Assembly: GCA_951406725.2 (NCBI GenBank)
Contig: OX597815.1
Coordinates: forward strand, 86,676,001 to 86,740,000
DNA from: Octopus vulgaris
Lineage: Eukaryota
Length of the DNA: 64,000 nt
Reading direction: 5' to 3'
In this document: positions 23,512 through 37,735 of the stretch, one piece after another
How positions within the stretch are numbered: the first letter of the stretch is position 1
Layout of the letters: every line of letters begins with the position of its first letter
Translations under genes and position numbers: made by a program
Notes under the pieces: model-generated
Told to the model about the DNA's origin: nothing
Seen by the model: the letters and a program-made list of their open reading frames with translations, nothing else
The model's database searches: none

Positions 23512-23629
23512 ATATATATATATATATGTATATGTATATATATGTATAAATATGTGTATATATGTATATCTCTCTTTTACTCTCTTTTGCCGAACCGCTA
23601 AGTTACGGTGACGTAAGCACACCGCTCCC

Positions 23630-23905
23630 CTTTCTCTTTTCGGTCTAACACAGGGATTTCCTTCAGGAGCGTGTCTAACCCTGTCTGGAATCTTCTTTTC
23701 TACCATGGAACCTTTCTTTTGTCACTCCCATTATGTTTCTTTTTCTTGACACCAGCACCCACGTTTTCTGCTACAACAATACTTGCTGCCTTGATCAAAT
23801 TATTTGTTTCTGTGATGTTGTTTCTTCTGATGTATTTCAAAATTTCATTGACATTTTTCGTTTCTTGGTTCAATTTCCATCGATCAACCTCCAGCCGCCT
23901 ATTCA
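23630..23905 (-). mobile_element. R4/Dong-like LINE N-terminal fragment
   Basis: NITETNNLIKAASIVVAE..G..KK..VPW*KRR pattern; bounded by (TAA)n. Confidence 0.6.
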
Positions 23906-23929
23906 TCATTATTATTATTATTATTATTA

Positions 23930-25216
23930 CTTTTTTTTTTCTTCTTTCAAATTTGCTTCCATTTCTTGCCGAGTGTCTTCCCGACTCCCAGGGCAAAGAA
24001 ACTCATAGTATACATTGGTAGGCCATTAAACCAAACTCAATAGTTCGTTCATTTTTTTTTTTTTTAAGTTAAATTAAAATACATGAGCAGCAACAGTTCT
24101 CACATCGACAATGCTCTTCTCAATACGTGTGATGTACCAGTTAAGACAATCTTTTGCACTTCTTGCAGGGATGGTAAGCCAGGGATCATTCTCATATAAT
24201 TTTCGGTTCCCTTCTTGATCATTCCTAGTGCTCCTACGATCACTGGTATTGTAACCGCCTTGAGATGCCACATTTTCTCAATTTCAATGAGTAGGTCTTT
24301 ATATTTTCTGAGCTTGTCAAACTCTTTCGCTGAGATATTATGATCACAGGGGATGCTCATGTCGATCAATAAGCAAACTTTATTGTTTTGGTCTTTCACA
24401 ACAATATCTGGTTTATTGGCCTTGATGGTTCGGTCTGTATGTACTGGAAAGTCCCACAGAATGGTTACATTTTCTCCTTCAGTTACAGCCTCAAGGTGGT
24501 GATTATACCACTTGTCGGCAGTTTTGATATTGTAATGCCGACTTATTAGCCAGTGTAGATATTGGCCAACTCTGTCATGTTTTAATTTATACTCCACTGG
24601 AGCTAAGACTTTACATCCAGAGATTAGGTGGTCCACTGTTTCAATCATGTCGTTGCAGAATCGGCATTTTGGGTCTGCTCCATTTTTCATCACATTGGCC
24701 TGGTAGTTCCGGGTTAATAGGCTTTGATCTTGAGCAGCCAGGATGAAACCTTCGCTCTCTGCTTTTAGCCCTGAGCTCCGTAGCCACTGATGGGTTTGCT
24801 TCTGGTCAACATCAGCTTGTTTGCTGCGGGTCACATATTTGCCGTGCAGAGGTTTCTCCTCCCACCTATCAGCCAATTGCTCGTGCGCTTTTTTCGTTGC
24901 CATTATTTTCACCTTCTTTGCAACAATAATTGCCGTACTTCCCTCGGGTTGTTCTGTTTGGGTATCCTGCACGAGATCAATAGCAAATTTTTTGCTTTCC
25001 TTTATAATAGAATGAAGCTTTTTCGTCTCTCGTGATTTTCCACGAGCTTTAGCATCCAGTCATTCGATATTTCGAGATATTTGGCCAGTCCAATTGTGGT
25101 TGTTTTGTAAGCTAGTTCAAATTGGATCAGGCCTCGACCTCCTTGGGCTCTGGGAAGGTAAAGGCGATCTACGTCTGCCTTTGGGTGGTGCATCCTATTA
25201 CAACTCAGCAGCTTGC

Positions 25217-25217
<1 letters not shown>
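23930..25217 (-). mobile_element. R4/Dong-like LINE, 5'-truncated (zinc finger plus RLE endonuclease)
   Basis: ORF 24100-24972: W..KPLHGKY, EGFILAAQDQ, CRFC..ET.DHLISGC, HDRV, KPDIVV..IDMSIP..K..KY, IPVIVGALG. Both ends lie in (TAA)n. Confidence 0.9.
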
Positions 25218-25314
<97 letters not shown>

Positions 25315-25315
<1 letters not shown>

Positions 25316-27346
25316 TATGTTTGACTTTTGCTTTATGTCTGTACAAGTTGGCTCCAAGTCTCACCCAGAGACCTCAAGAGACAACAGGTTGGAAGTTCTG
25401 TGCCATATATTTGGGGGGTTTATTTTGGGGGGTTTTTTTGTGTTGTACTAGTGAATGTCTAAAAAAAAAATTAAAAGTAAAAATAAAAATAAAAAAAAGT
25501 TTGTTTTAAACCTTGGGATTACATAGAGAGTATTTTGCGTAGGATATGAGCAGTTCCCATGAGCACTATCTTTTGAATTTCAGCCATTTTGGGGTTTCCT
25601 GGTATCTGAGTTAGGTAGCAATCAGTCCCTTTCGCTATCATTCCCAGGACACCTATGACAACAGGTATTGTTTTAGTCTTCAGCTTCCACATTTTGCTGA
25701 TTTCTATTTCAAGATCTTTATATTTGCTCAGTTTTTGGTAGGTCTTGACAGATACGTTTATATCGATTGGGACAGTCATATCAATGAGGAGGCATGTTCT
25801 TAGTCTGAAGTCTTTCAATATGATGTCTGGCCTATTTGCATCTATCTTCCTGTCAGTTTGAATGGTGAAGTTCCAGAGGAGTGAGATGTGGTCATTTTCA
25901 AGCACTGGAGGTGGATTGTGTTCCCACCAGTTTTTTTCATGGGGCAAATCCAGGTTTTTGCAAATTACCCAGTGAATATATTGTGCAGCTCTATCATGCC
26001 TATTGAGGTACTCTGTAGGCGCTAGAAGACTGCATTTGGAGACATGATCAATGGCTTCATTTTTGTTGTCGGCATTCACGACATGGTGGGCTACTGCCGT
26101 TCTTTAATATGTTGGCCTGGTAGTTTCTTGTTGGTAGGCATTGATCTTGAGCTGCTATGATAAAACCCTCTGTTTCAGATTTTAAGCCAGAGGCCATTAG
26201 CCATTGATGGGTCAGGGCTTTGTCGATATCTGCATTATTCGCTCTCTTTGGGTATTTGCCATAGAGAGGTTTTTCTTGCCATATATTATTCAGAATATCT
26301 AAGGCCACAGTTTTGGCACGGGTTTTCATGCGCCTTGCTTTTTCTGTGCTTGTTTCTTGTATGTCTGTCTCTAATTCCGAAATTGGTTGTATTCAGAATT
26401 CACTTAGATATTCCTTTGCCTGTTTTGTGACTGAGTATGATGCTTTCTTGTTTTCATGCTTTGAGACAAGTTTTAACATCCAGTCCTCAGAGTTTTTCAG
26501 GTAGGTGTCTAGGCCAATTGTAGCAATCTTCATTGTTATTGCCAGTTGCAAAATACCACGGCCTCCCTCTTTTCTTGGCAGATAGAGTCGTTCTGTATCT
26601 GCCTTAGGGTGGTGCATTCTATGCATTGTCAACAGTCTCCTTATTTTTCTGTCGAGCTGACATATTTCAGTAATTGACCAGTTAACAATATTGAAACTGT
26701 AAGTCACGACTATATGGCTAATGCATTGATCGCTTCGATCCTGTTTCTTGCATTCAGCTCTGTCTTGAGTATTGTTCTCACTCTTCGATAGCATTCTCTC
26801 CTGATCCTTTCCTTCATCTCTGAATGCCTTATTCCATTCCATTCAATTACCCCAAGATACTTGTAGCTCTCCGCTGGGTCTAGTTCTTTTATGACATTCT
26901 GCTGGTCAAGGTTAACGTTAGATGTTTCTGTCATTTTTCCTTTGATAAAGGTAGCTTTTGCACATTTATCGAGGCCGAATTGCATTCTGATGTCGTCACT
27001 GAATTGTTTGACTATCGCTAGTAAGCCCTTGAGTTGTTGGTCATTTTATGCAAAAGCTTTAAATCATCCATGTAAATGAGATGATTTATATTTTTATCAA
27101 ACATTTTATACCCGTACTGCGCGTCATTGAGCAGCTTTGAGAGAGGTATTAAGGATAAACAAAAGAGGAGTGGTGACAGTGAGTCACCCTGGAAAATGCC
27201 ACACGAAATTTTTACATCACCAGCATTTAGGGATTCATTGTCACTGTTCAGAGTTAGTGTGGTTCTCCATGATCTCATACTTACAGTCAAGAAGTTTCGC
27301 GGAGTAGGTGCTATCTTATACGTTTCCAGGCATTTCCTAATCCAGC

Positions 27347-27348
<2 letters not shown>
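25315..27348 (-). mobile_element. R4/Dong-like LINE, 5'-truncated (RT C-half, zinc finger, RLE), frameshifted
   Basis: GIFQGDSLSPLLF, YMDDLKL, FGLDKC, YKYLGV, LYLPRKEGGRG, RHD, RPDIIL..IDMTVP. Both ends lie in (TAA)n. Confidence 0.92.
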
Positions 27349-27404
<56 letters not shown>

Positions 27405-27421
27405 CATCATCATCATCATCA

Positions 27422-27460
<39 letters not shown>

Positions 27461-27472
27461 TCATCATCATCA

Positions 27473-27522
<50 letters not shown>

Positions 27523-27660
27523 GAGTGAGAGAGCAGTTCATGCCATCAAAGTGACACTGGGGTAAAATATACGAAGCCCAATATACCCATCATGACTACC
27601 CGTCTGATAAAGGTACACCAGGCACATGCATCACAACCATATATGCGCGACATGGTGATG

Positions 27661-27732
<72 letters not shown>

Positions 27733-27734
27733 TA

Positions 27735-28160
27735 CTTTTAATCTACAGTCACTTGCCGAGACAAACCCAGGCCTGATTTACTAGTAGTAGATAAAGAGAA
27801 TAGAAAGTGCCAGATAATTGACTTTATAATAGCAAAGTTCTCGGACCTAGCTATTGAATTACGGAGACTATCGAAAGCGCGGATAAAATGTATCCCTTTA
27901 TAGGTGTATTGGAAACAATCCCTAAAGATGGATAGAGGAAATAGGCATAAAACGCAGTTTAGTACAGCTCCAGAAAACAGTGTTACTAGAGACAACTAGG
28001 ATACTTAGGAGAGTTCTTGGTATCTAAGTTTACTTGCTGTAACCCAATAGGAGGGTATTTGACATCTAAATCCACTTGTAGCCCGATGTTAGGATTCTTT
28101 TCAATTTCAACAGTCTAATCTGTTGGATGTATATGAAAATAATGATAATAATAATAATAA
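27735..28160 (+). mobile_element. degenerate R4/Dong-like RLE 3' end
   Basis: RPDLLVVDKENRKCQIIDF..DLAIELRRL..QKTVLLETTRILRRVL, followed by (TAA)n. Confidence 0.7.
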
Positions 28161-28392
28161 ATTATGTAATATCCCTCAAATAGCTTGAAAATTGAAATCA
28201 AAATTAGTCGAAAACTCTGAACTCATTATAGAAAGCTTTTCCGATAATTTTAATCGAACATAAAATCAATAATATTGCATATTACTAATAGATTTCGATG
28301 TGTAATATATAAAAATAAAATTAGGAGTAAGCAAGAGAAAATACGTTATTCTAATGTGTGTGTATCAGCATGGCCGCAGCTCTGAGCTGAAA

Positions 28393-28437
<45 letters not shown>

Positions 28438-29479
28438 CACTTAAATTTGTAGACAGATAAAATCTCTCACGAGATTGATTTCCTTGCTTGCTAGTTTGTT
28501 ACTATTTATATTGAATTTGTTTCTTAAATATGTTCGGGTGAATTTTATTTTACTCTAATGTATTGGGTCAGAAAGTCAGAGACAATGAGTACAAGTGTAC
28601 CGCATATATCTCTGAATAACAGTTTCTGAGTTAATTAATCCACTTATATTATTGTTTTTTTTTTCTGATGTAATGTTACTTGTACACGAATTGCCAAATC
28701 TACACTAATAGATTATTTATTAAAGATAAAAACTCACCACTCTCTACAACGCTTGCGTTCTATTACTTTTCATTCAATTAATTTTTAGTTTAATTAATTA
28801 TCTCTAAGTTCATTGAAATGTTCTCTCGCGTATCACTCTTAACTGGAATCGATGATTAAGTTAATAATGCCTTGGGTGAAATTGTAATTAATTATAATTT
28901 ATTATTAGATAGATTAAGTATATTAGCAAAGAGATTATCACTTAGTGCGTATGCAGAACTGTGGCTATTTTCCTTGCGATATATATATAGTCTATGTGAA
29001 AATTCCGCGTAATTCTGTATGAGTTGATAGCACGGAGCTAAATAAGTCAGGACAAAATTGAAATCTCGGGTTCTCACAATTTAAAAGATTTTCATGCAGA
29101 TCTCTTACAAAACCACATATTGCCATCTTAAAACACTAGATTTTAATATATGACTGATAGTCATGTATGTGACACAGGTCTGCTCGAATAAATGTGACCA
29201 CAGTCAAAAACTACAACGCCAACGAATTTGTAATCATTCGATTATTAGAAGCGTAATAAATTCCAACAGGTTTTCATCCGAGGAATATATTTCTCACACA
29301 GGAACTCTACATGACATAGTGTAACACTCTTAAAGTAAGTAATGTTACTACATAAAACATATATAGTAAAATTTAAATCTCCGATCGGGTCCCTGGCACA
29401 AAATGTGTGTAGAAAAGTACTCATTTGCAGTTTGAACAGAATGGTTTCTGAAGACCAATAACTTATTCATAAATTTCTA

Positions 29480-30700
29480 ATTAAAATTCATTATCTAATA
29501 TAGGAAGGATGTTTATTATCAAGAATGTGTGAAGTAAATATAACCGGATATGAGGTAGCCACAGTTGTAGTACACTGATAAGACAGTGATCCCACTATGA
29601 GTAGCAAAGATTGTCTACCTAGCAGTTGTTCGTATGAAAAGGGAGGTCTAAGGTGCTGTTCCGATTTATCAGTGACTAATGACAACAAGGAGATAGTTAT
29701 GCTTTCCTATTGACGGATAGTGCAAGCTGTTGGGTGCATGTACAGTTTCTTATAGAAGCAGAGTTGTCAATTATGGACTGCAAGTAGGGAAAGGCTGTCT
29801 CGAGGATGTTTCAAATGATATTGAGGAAGTTGGTTTCTTGGCTCCGGTGTCCCGAGATAAAGCGTGACGAGGAAGTGAAACATGCACTCCAAGAAATGCA
29901 TGAATTCCGCAAATCTTCGCTTGAAATCCTTTGTTACTAGGCGCGTGTAGTATCTCGCAATGCCGCCGATGGCGTGAAACTCTTTAATCCAAAGGTTTTG
30001 ACAAACAAGTTCCTCTAAATAGGCAATTAGTAGGATTTTAGAAAATATAGGTTTGGTATATGGAACGAAAACTGTGTGATTGCATGTTTCTTTCCATTTT
30101 GGCGTGCAATGTTGAAAGCGATATTATTTAAGTATGATAAGCTGATCTTGACGTTATGGATATTAGAAAGTTTATTATTGTAAAATACCTTCTTATTACT
30201 GTCAAGAATTTATTATCTAATTAATGGAAACATCTGGATTGAATGCAGGATTAAACTAAACTAATCTCTCTTTCTAATCCCTGTGAGTTTTAATGCAAAT
30301 AGAATACTCTATATGCACTAACTCATCAGTAAAACAACTAGCATCTCGTGATAATGTCAAAGATATTTCTCTCTCCGTCTATAAGTCGGAGAGTCTTTTC
30401 CTGTTGTGACTCGGTTCTAAATTACGGCTATGATGGTAAAAGTTTCTATGGATGTAATGTTTCCTCGTTGAGTTTCTCTTGGGGTAGTATATGTCTGACT
30501 CAATGTCAAGGATGTCGATTTTTCCTGGGGTGATACTAACACAACGAAACCTAAATATGCAAAGGTTATTTTCTCCTGAAATTATCCATAGCATTACCGT
30601 TCGTACGGCTTGAGCTTTCCAAGCTCTTATCTCTTTCAATGGCTGAAATTTGGGGCGCGTACATTTATTAGGGTACCGAGGATAAATCACATGTCAGGGT
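29480..30700 (-). mobile_element. highly degenerate PLE (RT C-terminus to GIY-YIG)
   Basis: Fragments YIHRNFYHH..KRLSDL, FNPAFNPDV..KFL, NVKISLSYLNNIA..NGKK, CLFRGTCL, DFKRRF occur in PLE order. Confidence 0.55.
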
Positions 30701-33700
30701 CAGCGACCTGAGCTCTGTCCTAGCTTCTACTTGATATGTCTAGTAGTGGCTTACATACCTGTTTTGTCAAGTAGGAATCATTATGAAACTAGCAAGTCCA
30801 TAGCCTTCATAGTGATTTTGATATTGAGGTCACAAATTCCGGTACATTGTTTTCCGAAGTCTAGGGCTTTTAGGAGAAGCGAATTTTATGACTAAAAATA
30901 GAAATCTTCGACAACAAACTGGATGGTTTTGCAGGCTGTTATATTTTCTATGCTGTGTAAACGGTTGATTACAGCCCATTGAATCCACGCCTAAAGATCA
31001 CAATTCCAACTTCATTTTCAATCCAAAATCCAGTTTAATTAAGCCCTTTAAAACCTAGACAGCCATTTTAAGTAAACATGTTCAAAATGTCAGGGCTCTA
31101 TTGTTGACTGAAACTGTAAATATTGTGAATCAAGGTTCTTCTGTTAGTAAATGTGTATATTTATATATAAAGAGAGAGAAAGAGAGAGTTAAGAGACAAA
31201 GGGAGAGAGTTCGGGTGAAAAAGATGGTGTAGAGTGCAGTCTGACAATATTTCCACGGAACGTAGTATATATACAGTCACGTTGCACACATATGCACAAA
31301 CGCACTTTTTCACACGCGCATATGTTCATGTGTGTGTCTATGTGGGAGTGTGTGTACGTGTGAGAGTGTATTTAGTTGTATGTGCATTTGCGTGTGTAAT
31401 ATAATGCATTTTTATTATTGTGGATTTTTTTTGTATTTCCTTATTATTCTAATATTTGATACTAGCATTTAATGTTTCTTGTTTCGTGAGCGTTTCTAAA
31501 CCATCTCGGTTTTATCATATGAAGTGATTGTGGAGTTAGTACTTGGATAAATCCATGTAAATGACAACGTTACTGATAATAGCATCATTATTCGATTTAA
31601 AGCCTTCATTTAAACATGAATATACAATAGGCATATCAAATACAGTTGTTATGTTTATGCATCATTCTACATGAATGAAATGCACCCAGTTATAGAACTT
31701 CAGAATTCCTATAATATAAAACACAAAACATATGTATCAAATTGAAAGTGTGTCTATTTTTCAAAAATAACTGAGTTTTAACTTCGACGAGCATTATACT
31801 TCTATCGACTAAAATGATAAATATATTTGAAAGCCAACATAAATTTGTAATTCTAAGTCTGACTCATCCTCATACGTTGAACGTACAAATACGACACTCG
31901 TTGTGATTGATCATGCATTTATAGCAATCAGCTTTTTTTAGCTCAATGAACTACGAAATATGAAAGAAACTCCATAAAATATCATTAGCTGATAACATAA
32001 CCGTAACAAATAGATTAGTTGTGGAATCAATCATTATATAAAACACAAATTAAACATTACTACACTTTTTTTGACTTTTTAAAACCCTGAAGCCAACTTG
32101 GAATCTACGGTCAAAATTTTAAATTTGACGAATGCGATATTTTCAGGAAGACAACATTCCAATGGTTTTTGTTTTCTAGCACACAACACTAAACCCAAGA
32201 ATATAAGAAGAGATGCTCTAGAAGAAATGGCGGGCCTGGGTCCGTTATTGTTCTAAAATAAAAAATAAGGACTAAGAAAGAGATACAAAAATTCCTTACT
32301 ATAAAATAGCAAGTTCACAACAGTCAATATTTTCAACATATGTTTAAAAGAAATTCTGTTCTACCCCGTGTGTATGCCTATGTTGCTTTCTAAGTACGTG
32401 TATATTTACGCGTGTGTTATATTCCTCAGATCAATAGTTTGAGTGAAAGCAGAATATGTGCTGAGAAAATAAAACAAATTTAGCAAAAAAAAAAGAAATG
32501 ACTTGGGTCTAAAATCATAAATCCAATACATTATTCAATAAATTGTCGACTGCGCTCCTTTATTCTGTGTTTGCTCGTGTTTACATGAAAATACTTGTAA
32601 ATAGTTCGAAAATATTCGTAACAGGAACATCAATAATTCATTGGCTTTTATAATGAGTTCTAAAAGCCAAATTCATATATTGATAAGAGGCTGTCTTTCC
32701 TTGTTAATACTGTAAAGTTTACGTCAATGACGAATAGATTAAACAAAGCATTATCGTATCAGGCGTATTTAAATATTAATAATATTCGTGAGTAGTGAAT
32801 AGGTTTTGTGCTTTGAACGAGAGATGCAACATCGTTTCTTCGTGTAGATTTAACTTCTCATTCTCACTTTCCACACGAAAGAAATGTTATTCTAAGGAAT
32901 CTTTTATAATGTTCTATTCCATATAGTGCCTATTTTTGATTCTTAACATGAAAAGGTGTAACATCTAAATTTGGCCAAGTAAATAATTGTTAAACCTTTT
33001 TGTCTAGTATGATAGCGTTTCAGCTAAAGATATCATATATCCGTATTACTCGCTTGGGCGTCCGAAATCAGCGACATCGATCTACGGATCATTTACTAAC
33101 ACTTATTGATGCCTCCTGCGATGATAAAATGTTAGTTGAGGGAAACGGAAACTACAATAAACCAAATCATTATCCTTCAGAGCAATCAGTCAAAAGGTCG
33201 GAGATTTCGTATCCTGTCGTAAGTGCTACATTTGTATATATTCATTAGATATTTATCTCCCCACTGCTCAATTTATCTAGCTCTATGTTTAAACCGTGTA
33301 TTGCGAAACTACCCTCTATAGCAGCGGCAACGTTTTAAATCAACAACGGAGTACTCAGTATAGTTGCTCAACCAGCTACTAGTAGCAGCCAAACCTCTCT
33401 TGAATAACTTTCTGCCAACTTCAAATGAAATGATATACATTGGTCAAGGCTGAAGTGTCTAAGAGCTTAGATATACTGAGTCACGGCTCTGCTGAGACTA
33501 AACAATAACAATACTGCGATAATGAGATATAGTTCGTTAACTGGCAATGCTTAGTTCGATTTAACCCGAAGAAAAAAAGGTACTTATAAATAGCCAATAT
33601 CTAACCCAAGAGAAAACTTTCTCTTATCCAATATTTTTATTGAAATTTAATTTTATCACTTAGGGAAAGAAGGGTAGCATCTTTGCTCACTTTTGGGGAC

Positions 33701-34590
33701 TCTGAGACGAGTAAGGAAGAGGTGAATGTTATCCGTATATCGGAGACCTCAGCCGAACGCGTGCAGGACATTGTACTCAACTAAAGGCATGAAAGGTCCA
33801 GGTCAGGTCCCATGAGAGGCTTCCGGGAAAGGTGAACGAAGCCAGTTTCCTTATAACAAAGTTTAGTCATAAGGATTCATTTGATCCTAATCTATGGCAC
33901 TAAAAATTACCCAAAGAGTCAGAGACCACCTAGTAGCCATGTGAACTTCTTACAGAAACAGTCACCCAGTATAAATTATGGAACTAAACACCGGTAAAAG
34001 AATGATGAAAGTTGTACGGAAAAAAAATTGGGGATTAAAGTAAACCTAAAAGTAGCTAGAATAGCTTCTACAAAATCTTTATGGATTCTTATCTATTATA
34101 TGAAAAATATCATTTTCTTTGGAAGCAGAATAATTTTTCGAATATGCAAACTTGATATAATGTTGAGCTTATAACGGCTTATTAACAAATGCAAGGAAAT
34201 TCTATAAAATGAAATGTGATTGAGAAAACACAAACACATATATACACAGACACAGACACACAGACACACACACACACACATATGTGTGTGTGTATGTGTG
34301 TGTGTGTGTGTATGTGTGTGTGTGTGTGTATGTGTGTGTGTGTGTGTGTCTGTGTGTGTGTGCCAGTAGAATCTGCAAAAAATTAAATTGAGCATGTATA
34401 TGGGCCTGAAATTTCTTTATATGTGTAACTCTTATGCGAATGCTCAGAAACACGTATATCATTTACAAATGATAGGTAAGTAGATAGAAGGATGAATAGG
34501 TAGTTAGGTAGGTAGGACGGCAGACATACAGGCAGACAGACAGATACGTATGTATTTTGTTGATATATGTATATATATATATTTATATAT

Positions 34591-34648
<58 letters not shown>

Positions 34649-34703
34649 ATATATACACATATATATATATATATTATATATATATATATAAATATATATA
34701 TAA

Positions 34704-34764
<61 letters not shown>

Positions 34765-35471
34765 CGTATGTATGTATGTATGTATGTATGTATGTATATA
34801 TATATGAATTCATTTCATGTTATTATTTTACTATCCCCTACGGATATAACCTGCCACATTTCTTACATACTTTATCATCTGTCATTGCTGGAAAAATGAT
34901 TGTCGTTATTCATATCTCATTTACTTCATATATAAAAATTTGGACAAAGAATGAGAAGACAGAATAATGAGCAGAAAGAAAGTGTCGAATCGTAAAAGAA
35001 AAAGGAAGCACATCATTATTAAAAACAGATAGTAAGATATTATTATTACTTCATCTTTCTCTGTTTCCATTAATATGCATCTTCCCCTCCTTTTCAGAAT
35101 CGTATTATAAACATTGGTGAGATTTAATTGAATTCTATAAAGAAAACGTTAGGCCTATCTAAATTTCTTCTTTCCATCAATAACTTCTGTGACTGCGAGT
35201 GTGTGTATGTGTGCATATCTCTGTGTGTGTGCATATCTGTGTGTGTGTGTGTGTGTGTGTGTCTGTTAGTGTATTTATATTAATTAAAGGTATATTCTTT
35301 TTAAATTTTACTTGTTGCTCGCTTGTCCTCTGCCTCTCTCTATTTCTCTACCTGTGTTTCTCTCTTCAATTTACCCATATCTCTCACTCTCTATGTATTC
35401 TAGTATATAGTCATTTCATCAATTCCCCTCTTTACAAAAGTAGAAAGCAAAATATAATATAATATAATATA

Positions 35472-35524
<53 letters not shown>

Positions 35525-35618
35525 GGAAAGTTTACGAAAATAAACAAAAGACGTAGGCAGGTGGAGTACAAACAAACAAATGTATTAGTATAGCGCTCAG
35601 GAATAGAAATAGAAAAAG

Positions 35619-35656
35619 TCTTTTACGTTTCGAGCCTACGCTCTTCGACAGAAAGA
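35619..35656 (-). ncRNA. hammerhead-like motif (CUGUCGA core variant)
   Basis: TCTTT-CTGTCGA-A-GAGC-gtag-GCTC-GAAA-CGT-A-AAAGA, within a ~200-bp repeat (35521-35725) next to (TA)n. Confidence 0.55.
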
Positions 35657-36048
35657 TACACAGAAAAATACAAGGAGAGAAACAAGGAGAGAAAAAAATG
35701 CGTGTAGGAGCTAACGATCTATGAAAGACTTTGTCACTAATTTTCAATATCTCTTTCTTACCTACTTTACGTTCTACGTAATACTAGCATTTCTTCCCTT
35801 CCTCTCTTCCTCTCTCCATCTCGCTTCTGTTATTTTCTGACTGTTATATTTAAATATAATATATCCCTATATCCACATATCTACATGTATGTATGTATTC
35901 TTTTGCTTGTGTCAGCCATTTGACTGCGGCCAACTCCAGGAGTTATTCTTTGTAATCCTAGTACTTATACTGTCGTCCCTCCCACCGAACCACACCAGCA
36001 TCGGTTACCAAGCGATGTTGTGGAGACAAAGATAGACACACAAATACA

Positions 36049-36184
<136 letters not shown>

Positions 36185-36268
36185 AAACATTCAAAATGTG
36201 ACCGCGTGTGTATCGTTGGCTATTATTTTTCCTCCGTCTTACCTTCCTTGTATCTTTCCTTTTCCTAT

Positions 36269-36302
36269 GTTTCTAACGAAGAGCTCCGCTCGAAACGTTA
36301 AA
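36269..36302 (+). ncRNA. minimal hammerhead-like motif (G5>A in this copy)
   Basis: TTT-CTAACGA-A-GAGC-tcc-GCTC-GAAA-CGT-T-AAA in a ~200-bp segment bounded by (TA)n. Confidence 0.5.
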
Positions 36303-36378
36303 TCCTCCTTTTTTCCTTTCCTGTAACACTATACTTGTTCCACGTCCTCGCGTTGTTGTGTTTTCATGCTTGGATTAA

Positions 36379-36434
<56 letters not shown>

Positions 36435-36435
<1 letters not shown>

Positions 36436-37102
36436 TATTCTTTTACCATTTTCAGTTATATGATTGCGCCCATGTTGGAGCATCGCCTTAAAGCGTTTTT
36501 GTCGAAGAAATCGATCCAGGATTTATTCTTTGTAAGCCTAATACTTATACTATGGGCCTCTTTTGCCGAACGGCTAGGTCACGGGGACGTAAGCACACCA
36601 ACATCGGTTGTCAAGCGACGGTGGGAGGACAAAACACAGACAGAAAAAGACACACACACAAACAAACATACACACACACCTATATATATATATAATATGT
36701 AGGCGTACACGCGGCAATGTGGTAAGGAGCTTGCTTCCCAACCACATGCTTCCCGGTTCAATCCCACTGTGTGGCAGCTTGGACAAGAGTCATCTACTGT
36801 AGCCTCGGGCCGACCAAATACCAATGAGTGGATTTGGTAGACGGAAACTGAAAGGATCCCATCGTATATATATATGTATATATTTATTGTCTTGAGTCTG
36901 TGAATACTCTCGCCACCCACCATCGCTTGACAACCGATGTTGGTATGTTTACGTCTCCGTAACTTCGCGGTTCGGCAGAAGTGACCGATAGAATAAATAC
37001 CAGACTTACAAAGAATAAGTCCAAGGGTCGCTTTCTTTGACTAAATGTAGTGCCCCAGCATGGCCCCAGTAAAATGACTGAAAAGAATAAAAGAATAAAA
37101 GA

Positions 37103-37172
<70 letters not shown>

Positions 37173-37265
37173 GACGGGATTCTTTCAGTTTCCGTCTACC
37201 GAATTCACTCACAAAGCTCTGGTCGGCCTGTGGCTATAGCAGAAGACATTTGCCCAACGTGCCAT
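36435..37265. mobile_element. cluster of family A SINEs in alternating orientation (-, +, -)
   Basis: 3' half minus ~36435-36680, near-full plus copy ~36700-37100, 5' part minus ~37170-37265. Confidence 0.8.
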
Positions 37266-37279
37266 ATAATATATATACA

Positions 37280-37735
37280 AAATGGTTAGAGTATTCGGCT
37301 TATGAACGTAAGGTCGTGTGTTCGATTCCTAGCGGTGTGTTGTATCCTTAAGCAAAACATTTCATTTCATATTCCTCTAGTCCACTCAGCTGGCAAAAAT
37401 GAGTTATACGTGTAATTCATAGGGCCAGCATCTGTTTCTTTATTGCCCACAAGGGGCTAAACATAGAGGGGACAAACAAGGACAAACAAACGGATTAAGT
37501 CGATTACACCGACCCCAGTGTGTAACTAGTACTTAATTTATCGACCCCGAAAGGATGAAAGGCAAAGTCGACCTCGGCGGAATTTGAACTCAGAACGCAA
37601 CGACAGACGCAATACCGCTAAGCATTTCGCCCGGTGTGCTAACGTTTCTGCCAGCTCGCCTTCAAAGGGCCAGCATCGCCACACTGAATCTTCCCGAGAA
37701 CAACGTTGAGGGTACGTGTGTTTGTACCCTCAACG
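37280..37735 (+). mobile_element. third tRNA-derived SINE family, containing a nested family B SINE (37432-37660, minus)
   Basis: TGGTTAGAG...GTTCGATTCC head; nested copy flanked by TTCA(T/A)AGGGCCAGCAT at 37416-37431 and 37661-37676. Confidence 0.7.

Noticed and set aside
33660-33960. Possible LINE endonuclease N-terminus (VNVIRISET)
   Set aside because: One weak motif, too degenerate to call
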